Source: Azolla caroliniana
Lineage: Eukaryota > Plantae > Polypodiophyta
Length of the DNA: 64,000 nt
Reading direction: 5' to 3'
Assembly (NCBI GenBank): GCA_043228905.1
Contig: JBHGNT010000004.1
Span: 11,656,001-11,720,000 of the forward strand
The notes below the pieces were generated by a model. The model saw nothing but the letters and a program-made list of their open reading frames with translations, did not search any database and was not told where the DNA came from. Numbering within the stretch: the stretch's first letter is position 1; the number at the start of each line of letters is the position of its first letter. Of this stretch, positions 11,751 through 24,500 are shown piece by piece. The translations under genes were made by a program, and so were the position numbers.

Positions 11751-14612
11751 CTAATAGTCTATGCAAACGCAGATTTTTCCATTTTTCTTCAGAACCACGA
11801 TTATCGGGCTCAGCCACGTAGCTTCCTTGACTGGTCGAATGAATCCAGCTTTGAGAAGTTTGTCAATTTCTTCTTTTACGCGAGCGGCAAAGTTCGGATT
11901 TGATTCAGTATCGAGGCTGCTGAACATGTTTCACGTCAGTAGCTAAATGGATCTTATGCTGGTAAAATTTTGGATCTAATCCCTTCATGTCTTCGTGGGA
12001 CCACACAAATACCTCTTTATATTCCTTGAGTAGAGCTAACATCGCCTCTTTTTTATCTGGTGGTAATTCTTTCGTGATGGAGGGTAATCGGGGATCCGTT
12101 GTCGTTCCTAAGTTAACTTCTTCCAATGTGGAGGCAGTGACTCGTCGTGAAATTTCCATTTCTTTCTCGAATGCGGCTCATGCTCGGTTTAATTCCAGTA
12201 TCGACTCTAGGTCCGGTTCATAAGCCTCTTCGTGAAGTGTAGTGGGGGTAGCGTACTCCGCCGCAATTTCTATTACATCAATTTTGAATAGTGGGATGAT
12301 TCGCGGTTGCTCATCCAAGTATGCTTCCAGCTCCGTATCATCTACTCCTTCCAGCATATTTATGACTTCCGTGTACAATGGTGTCATTCCTTTGGGTTGC
12401 GCCGTCATTTCTTTTGTGGGTACACGAACTTTGTTGCGTCCTCGTCGGAAACTAATGCAATTATGTTGCCAGCTCTGTTTGATGTTTGCCAAACAAAGCC
12501 AAGGTCTGCCCAATAGTATTGGGTACGCTCCCGGAGCGTCGAGTGTGAGTACTACCGCCGAGATGTCAAAGTGGTGATTGCTAATGACGATGCATAGTTT
12601 CCGGATTAACCCTAAGGGCCTGAAAAATCGGGTATCTGCCATGCGAAGCCAAAAGTGGCAAGCTTCCCATTCCGAAATTCCTAATTATTCACACGTCTTT
12701 GCACTTATCACATTAACGCCCGAGCCCCCGTCGATTATATAACCTGTTATTTCCTTCCCGTGTAGTACTAGCTTAATGCATGGATTGTGGTGATCCACCA
12801 CCGTTGGTCCGGCTGTAGTTGCGGCAAAATTTGTTGAGACATTTATACCAGGCATGCCTGTTATGCGATCTTTGACGGTTTACCGAAATCGTGGAACTAG
12901 TTGAAGGAGTTTTTCCATAGTTATGGTTATTTCGCAGCCCGTCAGTGCTTGCCATATGGGGTCCGGGGATATGATGTTTTCTTCTATCGGCCCATCCTTG
13001 TTTGCCGACTCCGGCCGCATATGCGTCGTATTGGCCACATTTGCTTTTTCTAGCCATGTTTGGGTTTCTTTGCGTACCTTATCTTTTGCAGCCCAATCCA
13101 CATTCTTTGTTTGTTGTCGTGTCATGACCTGCTGAACTTCTGTCATAATCATATTTACGGCCGATCCTTTGCCCTTGCGCAAGGGGAAATTGAGTTGCGT
13201 AATGTTCGGGCTATTGGCAGACAAAACAATGTACGTTGGACTCTCTTTCTCTATAGCTGGTGGCGGATTCCTATCCCCAAGCGTCGTTGGCTCCTCTTGG
13301 TATTGTTGCATTCTCCTGGGATTTCGGGGTGTTTGCGGTTGGTTCCTGCATGACTCCTGGCGCCGGTAATCCTTCGAACTTTCATCGTAATGTTGTTGGT
13401 CCCTATATTGTCGATGCTTTCCTTGTGAGTGCGGCCCATTGAATCCATCATGCTTATTCGTCGAACGGTGGTTGTCGTAACAACACCCTCCTTTATTATA
13501 CCGGTGGTTTCCCCGATATTCTTCTTCCTCCGGCTCCTCTTCATCGGAATTGTTGTTATTCCGGAGATTACGGTAGTACCGGTCATCGCGTGGATTCCAA
13601 TCCGTATATCGGGGTCGTTCCTCTTGGTGCCCCGGATCATTTCGGCGAGGTGGTCATTGTGGTTCTACACATCGTACTGTGGGCATAGGTTTGTTCAGCA
13701 TATTGTACTCACATTGCTCGACCGTATGTTCCTTTGAGTGGCAAATCGTGCATTGAATAGCCTGACGAAAGTGGCGTTCCACGTCCTAAGGCAACACCTG
13801 TCGTAATGAGGACAGAGAAAATTCTTCCTCCTCGTCCAACTCAAGCTGTAATGCTTGCTCGATGACCATGTCGCATGTTTCCCCTTTCAGATTACATGTG
13901 TTGAGCATCGTCCTAATAGGCCGCCACAGGGCTGCCAAAAACATCTCCCTAGCCTCGTCATCTATCGGCGCCCGTTCTAATTTCCACCGTAGATTCTGAA
14001 AGTGTAAGCTAAAGTTTGCGACTGATTCTACTGGCAGCTGCTTGATTGTATAGAATTGCCCGATGATTTCGCGTTGCGGTACCCTCCGATGAAAAAATCG
14101 CAGAAATGCTGACTGCAACTGGTCGAAGGTGTGGATTGCTGGTAGATTCGTCTGTGAATGCCAAAACGCGGCTCTACCATCCAAAGTTAAACCAAACTCT
14201 ATCATTTTTGACTGGTGCGCTTTCTCTTCTGGAAATCACTGCACCATGTGATTCATGTTCCAAACGTTCAGGAATAGCCAGATGTGGCTTGCGGCGTCTG
14301 TCTCGCCATTAAAGCATGGGTAGGACAAGGCCATTCCGGATGCGATGGTGGGCAGGGAAAGATCACGGTACTCGTGTGGGGATAGAACATCCCGCTTGAT
14401 GTCGCGGTGTTGGGTGAGTGTGGAGTCAACTGTGTGGTCCAGATAGATATCACTGAGGCGAAGTTTTTGCCTTGCACACTCCTCTGCCTGGCGTGTGATG
14501 GACCTCGTCAATGGTCAGACTTGCCTGGTTGGTTCTCTGGGCCGTCTACGCTAGACATCCATCCCTTGTTGTTCGTCTGCGAGAAGTCACAAATCACCAA
14601 GCATGCCAAAAG

Positions 14613-15069
14613 TGTTACTGATTAGGAACATTGTCTACGCTCAGTCCTTCGGCGTAGACCTCAAGGTGACCGTGTTACAAGGAATAGAACCGTCGTACCG
14701 TAAATCGTAATGGGATACTCCCTTGTATCCTAGTAGTGTATAAGGGGGAAGGAAGGCTACAACTAAACTCCTTAGAAAGTGCACTAGTATCCGCACTTAC
14801 ACCTACACCCTTACGATTAACAGTTTGCAACAGAGAAACAAAGAACGTAGCAGAGAAAAACCACAGATATGCACAGAGATTAGAGAAGATAGTATTCTAT
14901 TAGAAAAACGCTCTATACTCCCAAAATTACACGCACCTCTTACAGAGGATTTCTGCCCTTTATATACACAGGGCTTTTAGCCGTTCACGCTTCCCGCGTG
15001 AACCATTACATGTGTTTCTTAACGCTTTACTATATTATAATGTTTCTGCACTTCTATCGGTCGGTTACA
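14613..15069 (-). repeat. 5' LTR of element A
   Basis: Plus-strand termini TGTTAC...GTTACA; minus-strand TATA near 14960; followed on the minus strand by PBS-like TGGCATGCTTGG. Confidence 0.7.
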
Positions 15070-18000
15070 ATTCTATTGGTCCTAGAGGAGGAAATAGTGA
15101 CGAAAAGCAATAATGCGACAACCGCGGGGATATGTGTGGGTGAGTCATCTGGAGCAAAGGCGTCTTTTTGGCCGGAAGTGCTAGAAAACCCCGAGAAAAC
15201 TGAATCTAATGAGATCTGAAGCACCGTGGAAGGCATCCGAGAAGCTAAGGGATGGGAGTGCCCCGTCGATAAGAATAGCGTGTATGCCCTATGCCAATTA
15301 CATGAGGTGTATGTAGATGAGAAACGACGACACACGGATGATGCGGCCGGACCATCAAAGACGCCGGAGAGCTGGAACTCCGAAGGGAAGGGGAAAGGAA
15401 AAGCAATTCCGTCATTCAAACTCGCTTCGGACATCGAGCAACGAACGGACTTAAAAAAGGTGTTCGAGGAGAGAATCCTCGATAGCCGGGTAGATTTTTC
15501 GCTTCGGGAATTACTTGGAATAGCGAAGAAGGAGTTCAACGATCTTCTTGTGGATCTCGTGAAGAGAAAAAGACAAAATACGGAGAAAAATGCTTCAAGG
15601 GTGAATGCAAATACCGTTCTAATGATTGACACCGAAGTGGAGGATGAAATTCCGAACTCCCACTACACAAGGCCACATTGGGCACGCACAACTACGGAGA
15701 CTCCGGTCCGAATTGGAAACATCAGGGAGCCCGTAGTAGCATTGATTGATCACAGATCGTAGATCAATTTGATGTTCAAGGAGTTCTACCGAAAGGAGAA
15801 GTGGCCTATTAACACTAATCATGGATGGAAGATCCGGGCATCCACTAAAACAACGGAAGATTTACTTGCGGCTTGTCCGGATGTGACGGTGAAGATCGGA
15901 GATGTGGAGATTAACCAAAATTTCTTTGTGCAAGATGAGGTCTCACACTCCATGATCCTTGGACAACCCTTTATCACGGCTTCACGGATGGAGACAAAGG
16001 TGCTCGATAGCGGAGTGGCTTTTGCACGAATTCGGAGCCAAAGCGGAGGGAAAACCGTCCAATTCCTAACCGTGCCATCAAATCACGAAAGGAACAAGAG
16101 AGACCTCTTGTCCCAAACAAAAACGGAATTTTAAAGTAGACTGTTGTAGAGTGGGGAAGTGATAGTCCAAGAAGCCCTAATACCCCACACAGGAAGAAAA
16201 CTCTCGGAGCAAAACAAGTATGAATCGGTCTGGATGGGGCATCCACGTACACGGCCGTAACCGGAGTAATGAAGAAAGAATTCCAAAAGGTGCAAGATGA
16301 GTTACGGTCTGCATCAATAATAAAAGAAGACGAAGAAATCGTGGGAGTAGTCGAAGAAGTGTTCTATGGGAGCACGCTACAACGGCTTGAAGAGCTTGCC
16401 GAAGAGAATAACCAAGGAGACCGGGTAGTTCTGGTGGAATCAGTCAAGATGTATGAGATCATTGTGAAAATGGGGCCAGATACGCTCCGCAAAGAAGAAG
16501 CAATGGTATGTACGAAATATAAGACCGTGGAAAAGAAGGTGAAACCGGTCGTGGGACCGCTGCCTGCCGATAGCGAACAAAAGAGGAAAGAAGTCTAGGG
16601 AGATCCGACACTTCGGGAGATCTGACACTTCGGAAGTCCGTGGATATCGGACATGCCTTCACGGATGAGACCTGGAAGAATCTTCGGATCGGTGGAGGTG
16701 GTTTCCTCTCACAAAATGAAGAAGAATGGTTTCGTGAGATGTTGGAGCAGCATGGAAGAGCATTTGCATTCACATCGAAAGAGATAGGGTGTGCTGACCC
16801 AAAGATAGTGGAGCCGATGGTGATCTTCACAATTGATCATGTGTTGTGGAACCTGAAGCCGATTCCGGTGCAATGGGCGCATATTTCGAAAATCATTGAC
16901 TTGCTCAAGGAGAAGGTGACGATGAGGATTCTAGAGCCATCCAACACTCCGTACTCAAATCGATGGTTTACGGTTCCGAAGAAGAATGGGTCACTCCGAT
17001 TTATTAAAGATTTGCAACTGGTGAACAAGGTCATGATCCAGAACTCCAGAGTCGGTCCGATAGTGGACGTATTTGTGGAAGCGTTTTTCGGTCGCGCGAT
17101 ATACTCCATCGGCGACCTATACTTCGGGTATGACCAATTCCAACTAGTCGTGGAGAGCCGAAACATCACTACCATGCAAACACCGATAGGATTGGTTCGG
17201 ATGTGCCCACTACCACAAGGCGCAACGAACTCAATCGCGCATATGATGAATGCGATGAACAAGGTGCTCCGGGATTGCATTCCGGAGATAACGATGCCGT
17301 TCCTAGATGACATTCCGATAAAAGGATGTGCGGTGGAAGAAAAAGATGAGACTATGGATGATCGGGGATGCCGAAAGTTCATAGTCGACCATATTTGCAA
17401 TTGAGAGGAAGTGTTACGGAAGTTAGAAGATGTGCACCTAACACTCTCCGGAGAGAAATTGGCATTCGGACAAGAAGAGATATTGGTAGTCGGACATCTA
17501 TGTGGGCCCTACGGCCGAAGACCGTCGCCAGTCAAGATCGATGCGATTCAAGCTAAGAAAGAAATATGCGATTCTTGGGGTATGTGCATTCTATCACATA
17601 TGGATTCCGCACTATGCACACATTGCGGACCCACTCTATTACTTGTTGCGGAAGGGGAAAAAGTTTGAATGGAAACCAGAACATACCAAAGCCGTGAAGA
17701 AGCTCAAGAAATCACTACAGAGGGCAGAAGCACTTAATAAGCCGAACTACGACCGACCGATTATAGTAACGGTTGATACAAGTCCAACTGATCGGATAGG
17801 TCATCAATCATGCCGATTCGGATGGTTCACGATATCCGATCCGATTCGAAGAAAAGGTTCTCAACGAAAGGCAACACGGACATGCACAAGTTAAAAGAGA
17901 ATTATGGGGAGTTGTGTCTGCAATAAAATCAGATCGAGATTACTTAATTGGAGCTGAAGTAGTGATCAAAACGGATTGTCTTCCGATACTCGGGATGATG

Positions 18001-19715
18001 CGGTGTTGCACGATACCGGATGTGGATATGCTAAGATGGATTGCATATGTAAAGTCGCTTAATCCGGAGATACGACACATCTCCGGAAAAGATAACGTGG
18101 TAGCAGATATGCTATCAAGGGCACGGTTCAGAGGAAACATAGCTGAATCCGATAATGAAGAAGTTTCCCAAAACTACGTTACTTCGGAGAACATATGCCG
18201 GGTGAACGTAATCCGAGAATTCCGGGAAGAAGAATACGAGGGAGAAAGTTTGTTGATCGGGAAAGTGCTACAAGAAATTGAGGAATCATCGGACAATAAA
18301 GAAAAGAGAGACGAGATCCGAAGTAAGAAGCCGCAAATCCAAAAGTTTTTCTTCAACAATGGATAATTTAATCTGTAGGGAGCCGAAAAGACCGAATGGT
18401 ATACCACTACGGGTAGTCGAAACAAAAGAGCAACAAAACCGGATAATGTCTGAATTTCACGAATCCGATTGGGCTGGATATCGGGGAACATGGGCAACAT
18501 TTGCGAAGATCAAACAAAAATATTGGTGGAAGAATATGTACAAAGATGTAGCGGAGTTCATGGAAAGCTGTGAGAAATGTCAAATCTACTCCGGAGTTCG
18601 ACACTGAGATGAATTACATCCGACATTCTCACCAACAATCAACTTCAAATGGATGATCGACATTGTGGCCATGCCAACCGGGATTGGACAAAAGAAATAC
18701 TTGGTGTTAGCCCGGGAAGATCTAACAAACCAAGTAGAAGGACGGGCATTACGGAGGAAAACATGTTCCGTAGTATACCAATTTCTCTTGGAAAAAGTGT
18801 TCTGCAAGTACGGGTGCATAGGACAAGTGATTGCGGATCGGGGAGAACTTGACTCTAATAAAGCTAGGGAATTCTTCGTCAGACATGGAGTACGGTTAAC
18901 ACTAACCACGGCATACAATCCGGAAGCCAACGGAAAGATCGAGCGAGGACATAGTCCAATCGTTAAAGCACTTGCAAAAGCATGCGACAGAAGGGTGAAG
19001 GATTAGCCATAGGTGCTTTCGTATGCACTATGGGCGGATCGCACGACGCATAGTTCCGTGACTGGTTATATGCCAGCTGAACTTATGACGGACAAGCACC
19101 GGTAATGCCGACGGAAACCACAATTGCAACATGGAAAGTACTATCATGGAAGGAAGAAATGAGCCGGGAAGAACTTCTAGCGGTCCGGATATGACAACTA
19201 GAGGGAAGACCGGAAGACATAGCAGAAGCGACATGCTGACAACAAGAAGCACGATTCTGGAACAAAAGTCGATTCGACACAAAGCATCGACTATGACCAC
19301 GAAAGATTGAAAAAGGAGATTGGGTGATCGTCTATGACAGTAGTTTGGATCATCAACATACAACGATACGGAAGTTTGCTAAAAGGTGGTTCGGGCCATA
19401 TGAGGTTCGGAAAGTTTTCAACAACGGAACTTACCGACTATGTGAGTTGGATGGAACAGTACTACGGGTGCCTATACTGGGGAAACGGCTGAAGATATTC
19501 AAGAACCGGACTGACGACGAACCTTATGTAAGCTTAGACAAGACCAACAACGAGGAGCAATCGGACAAAGATCGCGGTGATGCGGAAAGCGAAGAAAGTG
19601 GACTACAATTGATAATCGACATAAGGGAATCGGAGACTGCTACGGATGAAGGCGAATAACAAGCATCGGGAACTTCCGCACATACCGGAGGATGTGCGGG
19701 TTTGGAGGGGGCGAG

Positions 19716-20434
19716 TGTCATAGTGTAATTCACACACTACATGAAATATGTAAAAAAATATATCCAATTTAAGTACGCATAAATAAATAAAAGAAAATAT
19801 TAAAAGTATTGTTACATGTATAGGGCAGGGTTTGAACCTTATACCTCCATGTAAACAAATCCAAACTTTATCGTTGTACTAAGTTATCATAAGTGATCTA
19901 AATAATAGGTATAAGAGTTAAGAGTTATATTTACGCCTATTTTTACAAAAAAGTAAATCATGCACTTTGAGAGTGCGTGAAAACTTTATTTGGAAGAAAA
20001 TTGCAAGCCAATTACTCATGCACATCTAGTGTGCATGAGCACTATATTTAGGAAATCAAAAAACATGGTTGAAGAAGGCAACTCTTGCACATCTAGTGTG
20101 CATGAACACTTTAGGAAAAAGCATATGATGCTATGATTAGCCTCTTCCATCACTATATAAGGAAGAGAGAAAAGATGTATATGGTTGTTGTTGATTTTTT
20201 ATAAGGGTTGATTAATATAAAATATTCATGGGAATTCACGATTTTGCCATCTATTTCTCTCTTACAATCTAAGTATCAATTAATACACTATACTCGTGGG
20301 ATTCACGAATTTCATATCTCCATCTTGCAATCTATTCGTAACAAACCTTATCTCATATTCATCTTTCTCCTAGTCCAAAACCCCAACGGTTCCCACCCGA
20401 CTCACACAACGATCCGGCTTCGAAAGGCACGACA
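19716..20434 (+). repeat. 3' LTR of element C
   Basis: Starts TGTCA directly after the PPT; TATA near 20153; ends CACGACA where copia gag sequence begins. Confidence 0.85.
19818..19890 (-). promoter_or_regulatory. tRNA-like A/B-box cassette in the LTR of C
   Basis: Minus strand TAGTACAACGA (19881-19871) and GGTTCAAACCC (19838-19828), 43-nt spacing. Confidence 0.55.
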
Positions 20435-21337
20435 ACGTTGATGCAGCCGAGCACGTCGCAGATCTCCTTGATCTCGGTGGTGTAGTCCGTGACCGACATG
20501 TCCCGTTGCCAGATATTGTTGAGCTCTTGCCGGATTTGCAACTTCCGAGCCATGGTACTTGCGACGAAAATCTTCCGAACATTTTCCCAAGCCTCCTTCA
20601 GTGACTTTGCATCTATGATGTAGTCGAGCATCTGGTCGTGGACACAGGACGCAAGGCAGTACAACACTCTATTCGCTCCTTGTTCCCATACCGGGAAGTC
20701 CTTGTGTGCCAAATCCGGCGCTGCTACATTTGCTCCTTCCACGTAGCTCTAGTATCCGTGCCCCAGCAAGTACTGGTGCATTTTATACGACCAAGACGCA
20801 TAGTTGCTCCGATCAAGCTTTTCCATAGGAAGCAAGCTCATCATGCTTCTATCCATATCTTTCTTCTTTTCGGTTCTCTACTGGGTGTTAGGGTTTGTCT
20901 TCAAAACTTGCTCGTCGGTTGCAGAGGTTCTCAACCCTCGCGCTCTAATACCATGTTAAAGTTAATATGCAGAAGCTTTGACAAACCGGTTTACTCGGAT
21001 AGCAACAAAAAATACACACAGATTCAATGGAAGCTTGTATCACACAGACAGAGAGCGGGAGAGACAGAGAGAGCAGAACAACATAAAGACAATTCAAAAT
21101 AATAACATTATGTACATACAATGTGCTCAGTGAGCATTTTTATACAAGCCCATAAAGGACTGACAAAAGTACTGATAAGTACTTCAATGCTCATACGAGC
21201 GACTGACACTAACTCCCAATAATCTGCCTACATACTAGGCTAAGATTGTAGACCTCTAACGGCCTACCGGTTACAAGTTGATCCCGCTCTTGGTTCCGGA
21301 CACCGATCTGGATCCAGTTTAGCTTGTCCATTCAACA
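20435..21337 (-). mobile_element. 5' fragment of Ty1/copia element D (5' LTR 20954-21337, iMet PBS, gag start)
   Basis: PBS TGGTATTAGAG at 20953-20943; gag MHQYLLGHGY..ARKLQIRQELNN; related to elements F and I. Confidence 0.9.
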
Positions 21338-21564
21338 AAGATTATAAAACGGGGGAAGAAGATTATAAGAACGGGGATGAAGGAGGCTAAGAGAGGGGGA
21401 AGTGATACCTTTGTAATAAGAGGAAGAGTCTTAGGAGGAAAGGAGTCTTAGTATAGGAGGAAAGGTCTTAGTAGTGGGAAGAAGGAAGCATAGTCGAAGA
21501 AAGAAAGAGATTAAGGTAGAATAGTAAAAGGCATTTGTATGTTTGAGTGATTGGAAGAAAGAAG

Positions 21565-24500
21565 TGTTAGGATCTCGGTCCGTCCGGATGGGATGATGAA
21601 GGCCCGGTGAGAACCGGATGATGAGTACCCGATAAGGAAGACCCGGTGAGAACCGGATGACGCAGACCCGGTGAGAACCTCTCACCGGATGAAGGGACAT
21701 AGATGTAAATATGTTTCTGTTAGCCCATTGTGGCTATATTTGTAAATAGCCCGAAAGTCATATTAGTATAAATATGACCTAGGGCAAACACGATTGTGAT
21801 GTTGGTCATTTTTGGTGTAACAACTGTACAGAGCATAGTAGAGGGAAAGAGAGAGAGACAGAGTGAGTCTCTGTTGTAACTGCCGCCAAGCAAAGATTGT
21901 GAGCACGAGGTCGTTGCCTCTGTGTTCCCTTGTTGTATTCTCCTTACATAGTGATAGTTCGGAGTCTATGGGCTCCTGTGGTTTTTCCCGTTTAGGGTTT
22001 CCATGTTAACATCATGTGCATTCTCTTCTGTTTGTGTACTTACTTCCATTTCTCATTTCTTCTATGTTTGATTATCATTAAGTGATCTAAGTCTCGGTTG
22101 TGGCTGAAGATTATTCCGCATATTTTCTACAATCTTGTATCAGAGCGAAACGACACAGAAAATGGAAGATTCGTTTGGAGGCATGTTCAAGCTCACCGGC
22201 TCCAACTACTCAGTGTGGAAGTCGAAGATGAGGGACATGCTCGTGGTCAAAGATCTTTGGTTTCCGGTTCAGTTAGGGACAAGAGACCGGACAAGATCGA
22301 TGCCACAGTGTGGGAGGTGATGCACATGTGTTAACATCCTGTGCATTCTCTTCTGTTTGTGTACTTACTTCCATTTCTCATTTCTTCTGTGTTTGATTAT
22401 CATTAAGTGATCTAAGTCTCGGTTGTGGCTGAAGATTATTCCGTATATTTTCTACAATCTTGTATCAGAGCGAAACGACACAGAAAATGGAAGATTCGTT
22501 TGGAGGCATGTTCAAGCTCACCGGCTCCAACTACTCAGTGTGGAAGTCGAAGATGAGGGACATGCTCGTGGTCAAAGATCTTTGGTTTCCGGTTCAGTTA
22601 GGGACAAGAGACCGGACAAGATCGATGCCACAGTGTGGGAGGTGATGCACATGAAGACAACGACATACATCCGGTGCTTCATCGACATGTGCTTGTACAA
22701 CAACTTCAATGAAGAGAGCAAGGCTCATGAACTTTGGGAGAAGATCGACATCATGTTCCAAAACAAGAATGCTGTTAACCGGGTTTCGGTATTCCGAAAG
22801 CTAGTGCGGCTCCGGTACCAAGACGGCTCCAGTATGGCAGAGCACATGAATGACTTCCAGGGGCTGATACACCAGGCAACCTCATTGGAAGTACCTCTTG
22901 CCGATGAGGTACTAGCACTACTCCTGCTCGGTTCCCTCCTGGATAGGTGGGAGACGTTAGTTGTCACGTTGGGCAATGCTGGGCCGGAAGGAAAACAACT
23001 ATCCCTAGCAAGAGTCAAGTTGAGCTTGCTAGATGAGGAGGCGCGTTGGAAAGACAAGGATACGATCTCCAACTCCAAAGCTCTCCTTACCGAATCAGAA
23101 CGCGAAAGACAAAGGAACTGTAGTCCCCAAAACAAGGAAAAGTCGAGGACACGGTCAAAGTCAAGGGGGAGGCCTACTTGCTTCTATTGTGGCAAGCCAT
23201 GACACTTCCAGAAGAACTGTAGGCACTTCCGAAAAGATAAGGAAACCGACAGTAACAATTCAAAGCAGTCACCGGACCGGAACGGTAAAGACCGGAGGGG
23301 ACTGGACCAGAAGTGAACGAAGGCAATCGTGGCAAGTGAAGAAGAGTTTATGCTCATCACCGAGTTGAACCTTGCCGGCGACGAGACAATGTGGGTAGTC
23401 AACTCCGGAGCGTCATTCCATCTCACCCCGAACCGGAAATGTTGCTCATCCTACATAGCCGGTGAGCACGGCTGTGTCCGGATGGGGAATGAAGGGGCAT
23501 GCCGAATTATTGGCATAGGAGATACATTATTCACAACATCAACCGGATGCAAGTTGCTATTGAAGGATGTCCGACACGTTCTGGAGGTTCGACTGAACTT
23601 GATATCAGCCGGTCTGCTAGATGATGAAGGCTACACAGGTAGCATCCCGAACGATGTCATGAAGTTCTGCAAAGGGAGCCTAATAGTGGCTCGGGAAAGT
23701 CAACACGTTGTATCTAATGAATGCCCGGTTATGTCGGGAAGACGTGAATGTGGCATCCAACACTGCCAGTGAGCTATGGCACAAGAGACTGTGTCACATG
23801 AGCGAGAAGGAGATGAGGAGGCTTGCCGATGACAACCTCATTCCGATGAAGGACGTGCATCTTGAGAGGTGCACCGACTACCTGGTCGGTAAGCAAAACC
23901 GGACCTCCTTCCGATCAAGGCCACCGATGAGACGTAATGCACCACTGGAGTTGGTGCATACTGATGTGTGTCAAGTGGACACGAAGTCACATGTTGGATC
24001 GCAGTACTTCGTGACGTTCATAGATGACCACAACCAGAAGTTGTGGGCCACACCGTTGAAGACGAAGGATCAAGTGTTATCCGACTTCAAGGCGGTTCGA
24101 GCAGATAATGGAGGAGAATACCGGGGGCAGTTCAAGGAGTACTGCCGCTCGAAGGGAATCCGGCTCGAATTTACCGTGCCGAAGACGCCAGAACTAAACG
24201 GGCTGGCTGAGAGGATGAACCGGACCATAATGGAGAAGGTCCAGAGTATGCTAGCACATGCCAAGTTACCCAAGACGTTTTGGGCTGAGGCGTTGTCGAC
24301 AACAACGTATGTGATAAACAGATCACCCTCAGTGCCCTTGGATGGAGACACGCCACAGAGAGTATGGACCGGTAAGGAAGTGTCTTACCGGTGCCCGAAG
24401 GTGTTTGGGTGTCTCTCTTACGTGCATGTGGCAATGGACTGGAGAGGAAAGTTGGATCCAAAGTCCCGACCTTGCATATTCCTCGGATACGGTGATGATG

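Larger units (their letters stand above)
4591..15069 (-). mobile_element. Non-chromoviral Ty3/gypsy element A (5' LTR, gag, PR, RT, RNase H, truncated integrase), interrupted by element B
   Basis: gag-like 13786..14205; protease region 12178..12740 (ILLGRPW); RT (LDGFSGY, MFGLK, FLDDF); RNase H (YSTTEREAL); integrase start (FQKWGLDFVGPF) cut at about 4590. Confidence 0.88.
15070..20434 (+). mobile_element. 5'-truncated non-chromoviral Ty3/gypsy element C (gag end, PR, RT, RH, IN, PPT, 3' LTR)
   Basis: PR ALIDHRS..ILGQPF; RT DLYFGYDQ, LPQG, FLDD; RH DMLSR; IN IADRGE, YNPEANGKIER; PPT GGAGGGGGCGAG. Confidence 0.92.

Noticed and set aside
3708-15069. One full-length gypsy element bounded by LTRs at 4042 and 15069
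   Set aside because: The two LTRs are unrelated and the integrase is a two-family junction.
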